This document shows, one piece after another, positions 38,484 through 49,128 of a stretch of 64,000 bases of DNA (within the stretch, counting starts at the first letter, position 1; every line of letters begins with the position of its first letter). Made by a program: the position numbers and the translations under genes. This DNA is from Promethearchaeota archaeon (GTDB taxonomy: Archaea; Asgardarchaeota; Lokiarchaeia; Sigyniarchaeales; SOKP01). The stretch covers positions 1 through 64,000 of the forward strand of contig JBHLMP010000006.1 in assembly GCA_048938025.1 (NCBI GenBank), given 5' to 3'. The notes below the pieces were generated by a model. It was given only the letters and a program-made list of their open reading frames with translations. It made no database searches and had not been told where the DNA came from.

Positions 38484-40760
38484 TTATTCTTTAGGTTGAA
38501 AGACTTTTTTCTTTATCAAATTAAGGATTGTTTCAGCCTCTTTTGCATCAAAACCCTTTCTTATTGATAATAGACTAGTAACAGTAAAATAATCCTTGTT
38601 TTGCTTTTTCATAATCACTTTAGCTCGACTTGCCATGGATTTTTCATCCGACTTAAGTTTAATATCTCGTTTAATTATTTCTAATGGATATATTAAAGCT
38701 GTTTGTAAATGTTGTTCAAGTAATTCACCGATTCCTTTAAGTGGTGTTATATTTCCATTAAAGCTTTCAATTATATTACCATATCTTTTATTAATATCAT
38801 AAGATAAAGCTCTAATTGATTCTAAAAAGTCATGTGAAGGATTTTCTTTCATAATAAGCAAAATTCTAAAAGTCTTAAATTCTGACATTAAGATTTTTGA
38901 ATCGTGATATTCCAATTTTATTGTCTGAGATTGTTCACTAGCTCCAGTTAATTCAATACCAAAGCTACGAATTGCTTCAAGAAATCCAGCAATTAATGAA
39001 GCATCAATAGATTTACCAGCATAAATCTGCTCGTATATATTTAACCCAGATTTCTTATGTGTAATAATCAAATAATCTAAATTTAAAACATCCATATATT
39101 TATTAAAAATACTCTGTCTGTATACCTCATGTTTTCTCTTAGAGATTTTAACAAGTTTATATGTGGTAAAACTAGCAATAGATAAAATTGCTACAGCAGA
39201 TACTATTATAACAATTAGCATCGGATCTAAGACAAAAGGAATACTTACTTTAAATTCTTGAGTAATAACACCTGCATCCGTAGCATTATTCCAGAAAATG
39301 TAAGCCTTATAAATCCCTTCATTAGGACTAGATGGAAGTTGATAACTCAGTATGAGATCTTCTGTTCCGATTGAATCTATTATATAAACTTCATCTGGCT
39401 GAGCGGGATAACCTAATGAATTAATTAACCTAAAAGTAATATTTCCTGGAGGAATTGGAGACAGAACAGAAAATTGTATTTCTTGACCTGCTCCAAACTT
39501 TGTTTTTTGTACATTTAAAGGAAGTTGTATATTTGGAGAATTTGCTGTTATTCTCCAGTCCGATCCCTCTATTATTGTATTATTCTGAAGAAATATAAAG
39601 TGATTTATTGGATCTTTTATAACATCTATGGTAATATTTTCCCATCCAAAACCTATATCTCTATATATAGTTAAATTATACCAATTGTTTGGATATATAA
39701 ATTTAATAGAATAGTTACTATAACATCTATCAAACTGTTGAGTCATTATCCAAGTATTTTTCAAATTCTCTTTAATTAATAATTCCCACTCCGTATCAAG
39801 AATATTTTGAAGTTTTATATGATAACTTAAATTGAATAATAACTCAGAGACTCGATTATTTACTATTGGTATATTATATATTTCAGATAAAGGAGAAATA
39901 TCTTTACTGATATTTAATTGACCTGTTTCAGGTTCTGTTCCATTTAAGATGGGATAATAAATACCATCAATAATTGCACTCATATTAATTTCCTCTGGAT
40001 CAAAAGATTTATCTACTCTTTGAATTAATTTATATAATAAAGGTTCTCCCTTAGCTTCCCAGTTCCATTTTGCTCCGTCATGTTTTGCTGTATTCAAATT
40101 AGCATTAATAGATCCACTATCATTGTAATACCAATTATATGCTGTTCTATCACCAGGAATATTCATTTCAGTTCCATTCATTACCAAATAATATTGACCA
40201 CTTGAAAGTGATATTGGATTTTCGAAAGTTTGGATATACCAATCAAAATTATTAGTCATATTTATTGGTACCGTTCCATAAATATTATCATCTGGTATGT
40301 TTTCTGCACCATTATATCCTTGTATTTGTATATATGCTGGAATTGATGGATCTTCACCACTACGAACTCCATATATATATACTCCAAAAATATCTGTAGG
40401 TACGGTAATATTAATTTGCACACCATATCCATATTCACCCTTAAAACCGACTGTTTTGGTTTCATCTCCCTCTTCTTCAATTGTTATAATTTCTTTTCCT
40501 AACTTTATATCAGTAAAATTAAGCTCCATATTTGTAATGTTCCAAGTTGCTGATGGTAAAGGAATATTTATTGAACTTATGTCTATACTTATATTTATAT
40601 TATCTGAATATTCAATCATAGGGACGTTTGAATTTATCTCAAGTGATTCATCATTATTTTGAGCATTAACAAAATTGGTGATATAAATTAAACTTACTAA
40701 GAAAAGAGTTATGATTGTGAATCCTATTATATAAGATCTTGATTTATATACCTCTTTCAA
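38484..40760 (-). CDS. Single-pass membrane protein: large ectodomain + cytoplasmic longin-like domain (paralogue 2)
   Basis: FWNNATDAGV, TM, KKSGLNIYEQ...LIAGFLEAIRSFGIE...TIKLEY..SKILMSEF, ends LIKKKVFQP. Confidence 0.8.
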   Translation of the reverse strand: MKEVYKSRSYIIGFTIITLFLVSLIYITNFVNAQNNDESLEINSNVPMIEYSDNINISIDISSINIPLPSATWNITNMELNFTDIKLGKEIITIEEEGDETKTVGFKGEYGYGVQINITVPTDIFGVYIYGVRSGEDPSIPAYIQIQGYNGAENIPDDNIYGTVPINMTNNFDWYIQTFENPISLSSGQYYLVMNGTEMNIPGDRTAYNWYYNDSGSINANLNTAKHDGAKWNWEAKGEPLLYKLIQRVDKSFDPEEINMSAIIDGIYYPILNGTEPETGQLNISKDISPLSEIYNIPIVNNRVSELLFNLSYHIKLQNILDTEWELLIKENLKNTWIMTQQFDRCYSNYSIKFIYPNNWYNLTIYRDIGFGWENITIDVIKDPINHFIFLQNNTIIEGSDWRITANSPNIQLPLNVQKTKFGAGQEIQFSVLSPIPPGNITFRLINSLGYPAQPDEVYIIDSIGTEDLILSYQLPSSPNEGIYKAYIFWNNATDAGVITQEFKVSIPFVLDPMLIVIIVSAVAILSIASFTTYKLVKISKRKHEVYRQSIFNKYMDVLNLDYLIITHKKSGLNIYEQIYAGKSIDASLIAGFLEAIRSFGIELTGASEQSQTIKLEYHDSKILMSEFKTFRILLIMKENPSHDFLESIRALSYDINKRYGNIIESFNGNITPLKGIGELLEQHLQTALIYPLEIIKRDIKLKSDEKSMASRAKVIMKKQNKDYFTVTSLLSIRKGFDAKEAETILNLIKKKVFQPKE

Positions 40761-40907
40761 ATATAAACCCCCGAAATATTAAAATCAAACTAAAATGCTT
40801 AAGAATATAGTCTCAATTAGTCTATTTAAATTTTGATTTTATTGCTTATAGGATTCATAAATAATAATTAATAAGTATTCAAAATTAAAGATTTGAAGAA
40901 TTTAAGA

Positions 40908-43220
40908 TTAAACAGCAACTTGAAAAATATTTTTCTCTATTAATTTAAGAATTATTTCAATATCTTTAGGGCTGCAAGTTGTTTCAGATATTAAATCTTT
41001 AATATGAAAAAAATCTGTACCCTTTTTTTTCATAATTGATATTGCATCATCAATAAAATATTTCTCATTAGGGCTAATTCGAATTTTCTCTAATTTATCT
41101 CCATTAACAAATTTTAGAGGATATACAATTGATACATTAAGATGTTTTACAAGTAAATCTTCTATAGTTTTAAATTTTCTAACATCTCCATCAAATTGAT
41201 CAATTAAATTCCCATAATTCTTATAGATATCATAAGCTAAATCTTCAAGTGAATAGAGTAAAAATTCTGATGGACTTTCTTTTAATATGAGAATTAATCT
41301 AATATTTACAAATTCGCTCATTAATACAATTGAATTTCTATATTCTAATTTTATGGTCTGAGATTGATTTTCAACTTTCATTAATTCAATTCCAAATGAA
41401 GAAAGGGCTTGTAAAAACCCGGAAATTAAAGTACCATTTAAATCTTTACTTGTAAAACTTTGTTCATAAACACTTAATCCAGATCTCTTATTTGTCACAA
41501 TAAGATAATCAAGGTTCATAATATCCATACATTTACTGAATTTTTTATGCTCTTCCTCAATCTTACTAGCTCGAATCTTTTTAATTGTTCGATAAGATAT
41601 TAATCCCCCAACAATCCCTACTATTCCTAGTATAACACCAGTAACAATCCATATTGGATCTATAGTAAAGGGGATCGGAGGTTTAGCTACTTGAAAGTCT
41701 TGAGACTGAACACCTGCATCTGTGTTATTATTCCAATAAATTAAAATATAATATGAGCCTTCACGTGAATTTGATGGAATTGTATAAGAAAATAACTGTT
41801 CTGTAGAACTAATTTCTCTTGTTTCTATTGGTTCTTCATAACCAAAACCTAATGAATTGATAAAAAAGAATGTTAGATTACCTTCGGGTGCTGGTGCAGA
41901 AACAGTAAATTGTAATTCTTGTCCTGGTTCCCAATCCAAGACAGGAAGGTTTAAGTCAAAAATTATATCTGGCGAATTTGCAGTGATTCTCCATTCAGCA
42001 CCACCAAGTATAATACTATTAGGAATGAGAATTGTATTTGTATTATTATCTATAATGGTACTAGATGTAAGGTTATCCCATGATAATCCTAATTTTCGAG
42101 ATATTGTAAAGTTATACCAACTATCTGGATAATTAAACTTTACATAATAGTTAGAACCTACACTATTTAAAAGCGGAAATAGTGACCAACGATTATTAGA
42201 TTCTTCAACAATTGCAGAGGCTTTAGTTGAAAAGTTATTGTTTAGAGTAATTGAAAAATTATAATCATAATTTAATATCAGAGACTGATTAATCATGATG
42301 GGAATATTTAAATCAATCTCCTCAGAAAAGTGAGTTAAATCGGATAAATTTAAGAACCCATCCCCTATAGTTAATCCATCAGTTATTTCATAATTATCTC
42401 CATTAAATTGAGCAGTCATATTTAATTCTGAAGGAAAATATAGTTGATTTGGATCAGAAATTTTCAATTTGCATAAGAAACTTGAATTTACTGTACCAAT
42501 AGCCCAAGAAGTTATATAAGAGGAAGAATGCAAGAAAGGAATCTCAGGATCTAAATCATCTTTCTGCCAAAAATACTTTGCTTGATCATCTATAGGTAAC
42601 CCAGTTCCGTTCATTACTAATGAATAATTTCCAATCGGTAATGTAATAGGATTTGTAATAAAATCTTGATAATACCAATCTAAATCAGTAGATATATTTA
42701 AATTGATAGATCTATAAATTATACCATTAGGTATGGAATTAATTTCGTTAAATCCTTGAAGTTGGAATTTAATTGTCTCGTTTGCCTGTGGGGTTTTATA
42801 TGCTTTGATGTACACACCTAGTAAATCGGTTTCCTCCAAAATTTCAATTTGAGTCGCTAGAGCAAAGGTTCGAAAATTAACATTTTTATTCCATACTTGC
42901 CCCAATGCAGTTTCACTTTCTTCAATAACTCTAACATCACTTCCTAAACTTATGTCAGAAAAATTAATTTGTATATTTGAAATTGTCCAATTTGGTTCTG
43001 GTAAATCGATTTGAATTGAACTAACATTCTCTTTCAATCCTTCAATTTGACAATATTCATAAAATCCAAATTTAGATGAAATTGTAAAAGGTTCACCATT
43101 AGTTTGAGCATTTGAAAATCCTATGAAATTATTTAAAAATAAAAGAAAAAAGAATAGAACTAATATGATTCCTAAAACAGTTTTCGATTTAGATATACTT
43201 AGTCCCATAAAATTGATCAA
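40908..43220 (-). CDS. Single-pass membrane protein: large ectodomain + cytoplasmic longin-like domain (paralogue 3)
   Basis: YWNNNTDAGVQ, TM, KRSGLSVYEQ...LISGFLQALSSFGIE...TIKLEY..SIVLMSEF, ends LIEKNIFQ. Confidence 0.8.
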   Translation of the reverse strand: MINFMGLSISKSKTVLGIILVLFFFLLFLNNFIGFSNAQTNGEPFTISSKFGFYEYCQIEGLKENVSSIQIDLPEPNWTISNIQINFSDISLGSDVRVIEESETALGQVWNKNVNFRTFALATQIEILEETDLLGVYIKAYKTPQANETIKFQLQGFNEINSIPNGIIYRSINLNISTDLDWYYQDFITNPITLPIGNYSLVMNGTGLPIDDQAKYFWQKDDLDPEIPFLHSSSYITSWAIGTVNSSFLCKLKISDPNQLYFPSELNMTAQFNGDNYEITDGLTIGDGFLNLSDLTHFSEEIDLNIPIMINQSLILNYDYNFSITLNNNFSTKASAIVEESNNRWSLFPLLNSVGSNYYVKFNYPDSWYNFTISRKLGLSWDNLTSSTIIDNNTNTILIPNSIILGGAEWRITANSPDIIFDLNLPVLDWEPGQELQFTVSAPAPEGNLTFFFINSLGFGYEEPIETREISSTEQLFSYTIPSNSREGSYYILIYWNNNTDAGVQSQDFQVAKPPIPFTIDPIWIVTGVILGIVGIVGGLISYRTIKKIRASKIEEEHKKFSKCMDIMNLDYLIVTNKRSGLSVYEQSFTSKDLNGTLISGFLQALSSFGIELMKVENQSQTIKLEYRNSIVLMSEFVNIRLILILKESPSEFLLYSLEDLAYDIYKNYGNLIDQFDGDVRKFKTIEDLLVKHLNVSIVYPLKFVNGDKLEKIRISPNEKYFIDDAISIMKKKGTDFFHIKDLISETTCSPKDIEIILKLIEKNIFQVAV

Positions 43221-43380
43221 TATATATATTCTAATTGTGAAGATGCTTGATTAAATCTTAATAGCAAATCCCCGTATATAAAAAAATTCGTAATATTTTA
43301 TAAATTTATGTTTGTTTTATTCACCTTTTTCAGCTAACTTTTTAGAATATCAAAATTTATTCTTTTCTACTCATCTTTTT

Positions 43381-43605
43381 CTAAGTAGCCGCTATTCTTT
43401 TTGGATTTTTTGTCTGAGCTTTAATCGCTTCATGAAGTAATTTATTCACTAACTTAGATCGCTCTATTAGGCATACAGGTTGGATTTGTACAGAAATGAT
43501 TTGTAAACCTTATACCTTCTTTTGCCAATCTATCAATATTTGGTGTCTTTATAATCGGATTTCCAGCAAATCCTAAATGATCTGTTCTTTTAATTTTTCA
43601 CTCAT
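43381..43605 (-). pseudogene. Internally deleted sulfatase remnant
   Basis: Minus strand encodes [43 protein letters not shown] (CxPxR), out of frame with ATG 43605 and followed by a stop. Confidence 0.85.
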
Positions 43606-43655
43606 TTAATTTTACTTCGTTTTTTCAAAATATATTATTTTCTCATAATGTTGGT

Positions 43656-44831
43656 TCAACAGTCTTTCAGAGGAGTCATAAATCCACCAGCAGTTCTTTC
43701 TGTTAATGGACTCATTGAATTGCATTCCTTAATTTGAACATTTGTATCTAAATAAAATGTGCCAATCTTCTGAGCTTTATCATACAACTCGTTTTTTAAA
43801 TTATCTTCGATTGAATTAAATAAATAAAACTTAAAAAGTGGTTCAGAATTTTCTTCAACATCCCAAATTCCGTTTATTTTTCCATTTATCAAAATAGTAG
43901 CTGCAGCATTACCGGACCGATCAAAAACTCTGTCATAATTACTATAGTTAATATATCTTCCCCGTTCTTTATATCCCATAAGATAAGGATCGAGTTCAGG
44001 CAAAAAATTTAAGACTTTTTCCTTAGAATTATCAACATCTTTTAATTGATTCATATCAGACTTAAAGATAATAAAATCACCCTCAATATTCAAGACTTTT
44101 ATTCTCTCTAACTGTTCTTCGATAATTTTTAATGCTCCTCGTATCTTTGTCTTTGTTAAACCTGTCCACCAAGAAATATCACTTTCAGTTACTGGACCAT
44201 ATGATTTCACATATCTTTCGACTAGCTGCTTTATTGCATCTTTTTCATTAAATTCTGCTAAATGTATGGTTGGAAACTGTTCACTGAAGAGAATATATTT
44301 ATTTCGTCTGTCTTTCCAATCTTTAATGGGTCTACCTCTAATTAATAAGCCATGATTACACATCAATTGAATAATTGCCGGTATATTTGATTCTGAATTC
44401 AAATCTTTCCGTATTTCAGATGCAGATAACTCTTTTCCTTTTAAAATTTTAATAATAGAATTTGATATCTCTTGGTAATCTTTTAAAGAAATTTTATGAT
44501 ACTCCATATATTTTTGGAAAGTTTTTTCAGAAAGTTTAAATGTTGCAGCATGTACAATAGGAATCATGTTTTTTGTTTGAATAAACAAAGTTCTGCGCAT
44601 ACCGCGAATTCTACCCATAGTTTTGTTTATGTAGAGTTCTTTTTCTAAATCAGCTTTTTTGAAATTTCGTGTTCTTATAAAAAGTGCCAAATAAGATGTT
44701 TTAAGGTCGGTAGAATGAAGGCCGCATAGATCTTCAGTTATTTGAATAATATCGTTAGTCTTATTATCTTCAGTTAAATGTTGTTTTTTTAAAACTAATT
44801 TATTTACTTGGATTAAATCGAAAGTATTCAT
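43656..44831 (-). CDS. AlkZ/YcaQ-family (winged-helix) DNA glycosylase-like protein
   Basis: KQHL, GLHST, GMRRTLF, YVKSYGPVT..DI.WWTG, FLPELDPYLMGYKER, GKINGIW. Confidence 0.85.
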   Translation of the reverse strand: MNTFDLIQVNKLVLKKQHLTEDNKTNDIIQITEDLCGLHSTDLKTSYLALFIRTRNFKKADLEKELYINKTMGRIRGMRRTLFIQTKNMIPIVHAATFKLSEKTFQKYMEYHKISLKDYQEISNSIIKILKGKELSASEIRKDLNSESNIPAIIQLMCNHGLLIRGRPIKDWKDRRNKYILFSEQFPTIHLAEFNEKDAIKQLVERYVKSYGPVTESDISWWTGLTKTKIRGALKIIEEQLERIKVLNIEGDFIIFKSDMNQLKDVDNSKEKVLNFLPELDPYLMGYKERGRYINYSNYDRVFDRSGNAAATILINGKINGIWDVEENSEPLFKFYLFNSIEDNLKNELYDKAQKIGTFYLDTNVQIKECNSMSPLTERTAGGFMTPLKDC

Positions 44832-44881
44832 ATAGTATCGACTAGTAATATTATCATTAAAAATAAAAAAATTGATTAAAA

Positions 44882-45448
44882 TTAAGATTTAATTTTTTTA
44901 AGCACAAAAGCAAAGTTTCTACCTAATCTCTCAAATGTTTGTATACCCTCTTCATCATTCAATACATCTCCCGGATCCTTACCCACTCCAAGGTTCCAAT
45001 AGCTTGAGCCAACAACTATCATCTGCTTTATCAAGAAAAAATAGTTAATGCTAGAAAAGACATGAACCGCTCCTGCTCTTCTAACGGCAACCACTGCAGC
45101 ACCAACTTTATTTTTTAAATGTCTTCCTGTAGCATATCCAGCTCTTTCTATTAATGCTTTTGTACTTGTAGTTAGATTTGAGAAATAAGTTGGTGATCCA
45201 ATGATGATTCCGTCTGCTTCAAGCATTTTTTGGATATATTCATTCATTTTATCATTTGGTAAAACACATTTTTGATCATCATTGTCTACACATTGTAAAC
45301 AAGCGGTACATCCTTGTAATTTTTCCATTCCTATCCAATTATAATCACATTCGATTCCTGCAGCCTTTAATTCTTTCATAACAGTATTTAAGCAATGATA
45401 TGTATTTCCTTCCTTTCTTGGACTTCCATTAAATAATACGACTTTCAC
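44882..45448 (-). CDS. Iron-sulfur flavoprotein (NADPH-dependent FMN reductase family)
   Basis: NGSPRKEGNT, CTACLQC...C, GSPTYF, AVRRAG; likely GTG start at 45448 behind AGGAG. Confidence 0.9.
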   Translation of the reverse strand: MKVVLFNGSPRKEGNTYHCLNTVMKELKAAGIECDYNWIGMEKLQGCTACLQCVDNDDQKCVLPNDKMNEYIQKMLEADGIIIGSPTYFSNLTTSTKALIERAGYATGRHLKNKVGAAVVAVRRAGAVHVFSSINYFFLIKQMIVVGSSYWNLGVGKDPGDVLNDEEGIQTFERLGRNFAFVLKKIKS

Positions 45449-45561
45449 TTTTAGTACTCCTAAATTATGATTATTTTTCAATAATTATTATTATACTATT
45501 AATTTTACCAATGATTACATTTTAAAAATTGGAAAAAAAGGAGATTTTGATAAATAAGTAT

Positions 45562-46305
45562 TTACTTTTTTTTTAGAAATAATCTTTCCATCCATTTTGG
45601 GAGCATAAAGCCTCCGTAAAATTCGATTGAGCTCGAAATTAAGATCAACCTAGCTACTATTAGTATGATAATTGAAATTCCACTCAAAATTTCTAATACT
45701 GAGCCCAAAACAAAGGATGTAAAAGCAGCAAAAAGCAATTTTCCTTTTAATCTGATTTCAGGACTGCCAGATTTTAAGGATTGGCGAGCAAAAAAGAAAC
45801 CAGTTATTAGTACCATCAAAACAAGGAAAAGTTGGTAAGCTGTAACAAAGAATTCATACTCAGCATCAACAGGACTAGTAACTTCTCCTATTAATGTATG
45901 GTCAATTAGGAGTACTGTGAAAAATACCATTTCGAATATAATTCCAGTAATTGCAAAAATTAGTAAAATTGTTGTCTGTCTTTTTTTATAGAGAAGATCG
46001 GTGAAGGCAGTCATCCAAATATACGCGGTTATTGGTAATGGAACCACTCCAATTATAAAATAATACTGAGGTGCTGACATATAGCCATTACCATCAGTTA
46101 ATAATGCGACTAAAAATGAAGAAGAACTCGCATACCAACTCGAGACAATTCCAAGCCAAACAAGACCGACGAGTAATATTATTCTATTTTTTGATTTAGG
46201 ATATTTTGCGATAATGGTAATCCCAATTACTATTGATATCAGAACAAAGATTAAGCTAAAAATTCCATTTATAAACTCATCCGGAGTTAAAGTCATAAAT
46301 ATCAC
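45562..46305 (-). CDS. Standalone 7-TM membrane protein
   Basis: Seven hydrophobic helices, no soluble domain; EIRLKGKLL, F.LPKW. Confidence 0.75.
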   Translation of the reverse strand: MIFMTLTPDEFINGIFSLIFVLISIVIGITIIAKYPKSKNRIILLVGLVWLGIVSSWYASSSSFLVALLTDGNGYMSAPQYYFIIGVVPLPITAYIWMTAFTDLLYKKRQTTILLIFAITGIIFEMVFFTVLLIDHTLIGEVTSPVDAEYEFFVTAYQLFLVLMVLITGFFFARQSLKSGSPEIRLKGKLLFAAFTSFVLGSVLEILSGISIIILIVARLILISSSIEFYGGFMLPKWMERLFLKKK

Positions 46306-46416
46306 TTTTTTCTAATTCATTAAAGATGTTATTCATTGATTTAATATGTGTAATAGTCCAATAAATAATATTATATCACAAATTTATTAATTTATTATTA
46401 ATCCATTAGAATCTCT

Positions 46417-46740
46417 CTATTCTAATCTTTCAATTCTAAAAATAACTGGTCTAAACCAATCAGTACATCCCGTAATTACGGTACCCTTTTGTTTCATGCC
46501 AATAATATTACCTCCTGATGCTATGGTCATTATATCTTTACGTATATCTGCCCAAGCCCAATCACAAAAACCTTCCGGTACACTTGCTAAATTCGGATCT
46601 ATGATGAATTCTTGACCATCTTCAAAACGTTCACATAAATTTATATCATGATATCGGTCTATGATGTATTCTTCAATTAAATCTTTATTAATTGAACGTT
46701 TAAGTACAGTTATTTTACATTTTGGCATCTTAGAACCCAT
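46417..46740 (-). CDS. TIGR04076-like small protein
   Basis: CKITV, C.RF.DGQEF, PEGFCDWAW, CTDWFRPVIFRIER; likely ATG at 46740. Confidence 0.8.
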   Translation of the reverse strand: MGSKMPKCKITVLKRSINKDLIEEYIIDRYHDINLCERFEDGQEFIIDPNLASVPEGFCDWAWADIRKDIMTIASGGNIIGMKQKGTVITGCTDWFRPVIFRIERLE

Positions 46741-46846
46741 TTTGAAATCCTCTTTTTTAATTAAAATAAATTTTCGCTTTTTAACATAAATTATTTTAGA
46801 GCTGTTTTTCATATATTTTCATATAATAAAGAATTTATTCAAATCC

Positions 46847-48094
46847 ATGAATTCTATCATACTTGAACGTCCTGAATTACTTGCTCCTTGTCAAGATTTT
46901 AATTCATTAAGGTTTGTTGTTGGGATAGCAGATGCTATATATTTTGGAGTAAGTAAGTATAGCATGCGCATAAAGGCAAAAGGTTTTAAAAGTGACGATT
47001 TAAGAAAAATTGCAGAGTTTTGCCATAACCAGAATCCACCTATGAAAGCCTACTTAACTACAAATATTTTAATTTATGATTCTGAATTACAAGATTTAGA
47101 AACTTTGATCTTAGAAGCTAAAGAAGCAAAGATTGATGCTATAATTGCTCATGATCTTGCTGTACTAAAATTTGCAAAACAAAATAAGATGGATTTTCAT
47201 ATATCAACCCAAGCAAATGTGTCTAACATTGAAGCAGCAAAATTTTATGAAGAATTAGGGGCTGAAAGGATTATTTTAGCAAGAGAGCTCTCTTTAAAGC
47301 AAATAAAACTCATTAAACATCACCTCTCAAAAACTAAAATTGAATCTTTTGTTCACGGTTCGATGTGTACTTCAATTTCAGGAAGATGTTATTTGTCTGC
47401 TACTGTTTGTGATTCTGAGGAATATTCAGCAAACCGAGGAAATTGTGTTCAGCCATGTAGGAGAGAATGGCGAGTTATTGACGATGAGAATAATGAATTT
47501 ATCTATGATGGTCAAATGTTTTTGAACACGAAAGATTTGTGTATGATTGAATATATTCCTCATCTTATTGATGCGAACATAGATGCTTTTAAAATAGAAG
47601 GTAGATTGAAGGATCCACTTTATATAAAAGTAGTAACAGAATGTTATAAAGAAGCTCTTGATAGTTTTTTTAATAGAACTTATACAAAAGAAAGAATTAA
47701 AAATTGGCTTCAAAGACTATCTAAAGTGTATAATCGGGGCTTTCATACTGGTTTTTATTTTAGAAGACCTACTATTGAAGATATTCAATTAGAGCAAAGA
47801 GGTAATATTTCGCCTTACAAAAAACATTATCTTGGGAAGATTATAGCTTTTGATAAGATGAGTAAAACAGCCAATGTTCTGCTTGAAAGTTTAGAAGTAC
47901 CACTAAAATTAGGAGATGAAATTATAATCATTGGGAATAACACTTATTCAATAGAAACCATAAAAAAAATGATTTATAAAGGTGAGAAGATCAAGAGTAT
48001 TGTAAGGAAAAGATATAGCGATCCAGTAAAAATTAATTTACGTATTGACAATTGCGAAACAAACGATAAAATTTATATCATTTCAAAAACATAA
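46847..48094 (+). CDS. Peptidase U32 family protein (TrhP/RlhA-like Fe-S RNA hydroxylation factor)
   Basis: PELLAP, ADAIYFG, HISTQANV, ILARELS, FVHGSMC..SGRCYLS, NRGNCVQPCR, FKIEGR. Confidence 0.92.
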   Translation: MNSIILERPELLAPCQDFNSLRFVVGIADAIYFGVSKYSMRIKAKGFKSDDLRKIAEFCHNQNPPMKAYLTTNILIYDSELQDLETLILEAKEAKIDAIIAHDLAVLKFAKQNKMDFHISTQANVSNIEAAKFYEELGAERIILARELSLKQIKLIKHHLSKTKIESFVHGSMCTSISGRCYLSATVCDSEEYSANRGNCVQPCRREWRVIDDENNEFIYDGQMFLNTKDLCMIEYIPHLIDANIDAFKIEGRLKDPLYIKVVTECYKEALDSFFNRTYTKERIKNWLQRLSKVYNRGFHTGFYFRRPTIEDIQLEQRGNISPYKKHYLGKIIAFDKMSKTANVLLESLEVPLKLGDEIIIIGNNTYSIETIKKMIYKGEKIKSIVRKRYSDPVKINLRIDNCETNDKIYIISKT

Positions 48095-48151
48095 TCAAAT
48101 GATTTTTGTCAGACTCCAATCTAATTATAGAAAATATTATCAGATACAATT

Positions 48152-48823
48152 ATGACCTTTGAGGAGAAAAGAAGAAGATTGGTTGAAAGTCTTACAAGTC
48201 GAAAAATCTTAACAGATCCAAAAGTAGTTAGAGCAATGTTAATAGTTCCTAGACACAAATTTGTACCTGAAGAGGCTGTTTCTTCTGCTTATATGGATTC
48301 TCCTCTATCAATTGGTCAAGGTCAAACAATAAGCGCACCTCATATGAACGCCATGATGTGTGAATATCTTGAACTTAAAGAGGGAGAAAAGGTTTTAGAA
48401 GTTGGAACAGGTTCGGGATATCATGCTGCTTTATGTGCAGAATTAGTTGCCCCAAAAGATTCAGAATCAAAAGGGCATGTATACACAATTGAACGCATCA
48501 AACAGTTAGTTGAAGGAGCTAAACGTAATCTGAAAGATACAGGATATGAGAATATTGTAACGGTAATTCATGGTGATGGTACATTAGGATATCCAGAGGC
48601 AGCTCCATATGATAAGATTTTAGTAACTGCTGCTTCACCTAGCAAAATTCCTCAACCGCTAAAAGAACAATTAAAAAATGGTGGAGTATTGTGCGTTCCA
48701 GCAGGTTCGAAAAATTTTGCCCAAAACTTATATATTATTAAAAAAAGAGGAGAAAAATTCGAAACCAAACGTGTTTCTGGAGTAAGATTTGTTCCTCTAA
48801 TTGGAAAATATGGATTTGATTAA
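48152..48823 (+). CDS. pcm: Protein-L-isoaspartate O-methyltransferase
   Basis: VPRHKFVP, AYMDSPL.IG.GQTISAPHM, VLEVGTGSGYHAA, GDGTLGY, APYDKI, VRFVPL. Confidence 0.96.
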   Translation: MTFEEKRRRLVESLTSRKILTDPKVVRAMLIVPRHKFVPEEAVSSAYMDSPLSIGQGQTISAPHMNAMMCEYLELKEGEKVLEVGTGSGYHAALCAELVAPKDSESKGHVYTIERIKQLVEGAKRNLKDTGYENIVTVIHGDGTLGYPEAAPYDKILVTAASPSKIPQPLKEQLKNGGVLCVPAGSKNFAQNLYIIKKRGEKFETKRVSGVRFVPLIGKYGFD

Positions 48824-49128
48824 ATTATAGAATATTAAATTATTCTTAAAATGAGTTTATTCAGAAAAATTATGTTTTAGCTTTTTTTCCATTAATTTTT
48901 TACGAACACTTTTTACGTATTCGTTATTTTGTATTCTATCTTTTATAGATTTGTTATTATAGGCCCAGCCATTACGCTTTTCAAAGTTATTTCCTTTAAT
49001 TGTAACTCATTCTCTTTTTTTAATGTTTCTTTACTTTTATTACTACATTAATATTTAAAAAGATAATCAAAACCGACAGAAGTCCTCCTAATCCTAACAA
49101 AATTGTAAAAGATATAAAAGTATAAATA

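Noticed and set aside
43656-43661. AlkZ-like gene ends in Cys-TGA, a possible CU selenocysteine motif
   Set aside because: The domain appears complete at this point and I saw no SECIS-like hairpin downstream
48857-49010. Minus-strand open stretch VTIKGNNFEKRNGWAYNNKSIKDRIQ...
   Set aside because: The nearby ATG is out of frame by one base and there is no recognisable homology; it could be a frameshifted small gene but this is unsupported
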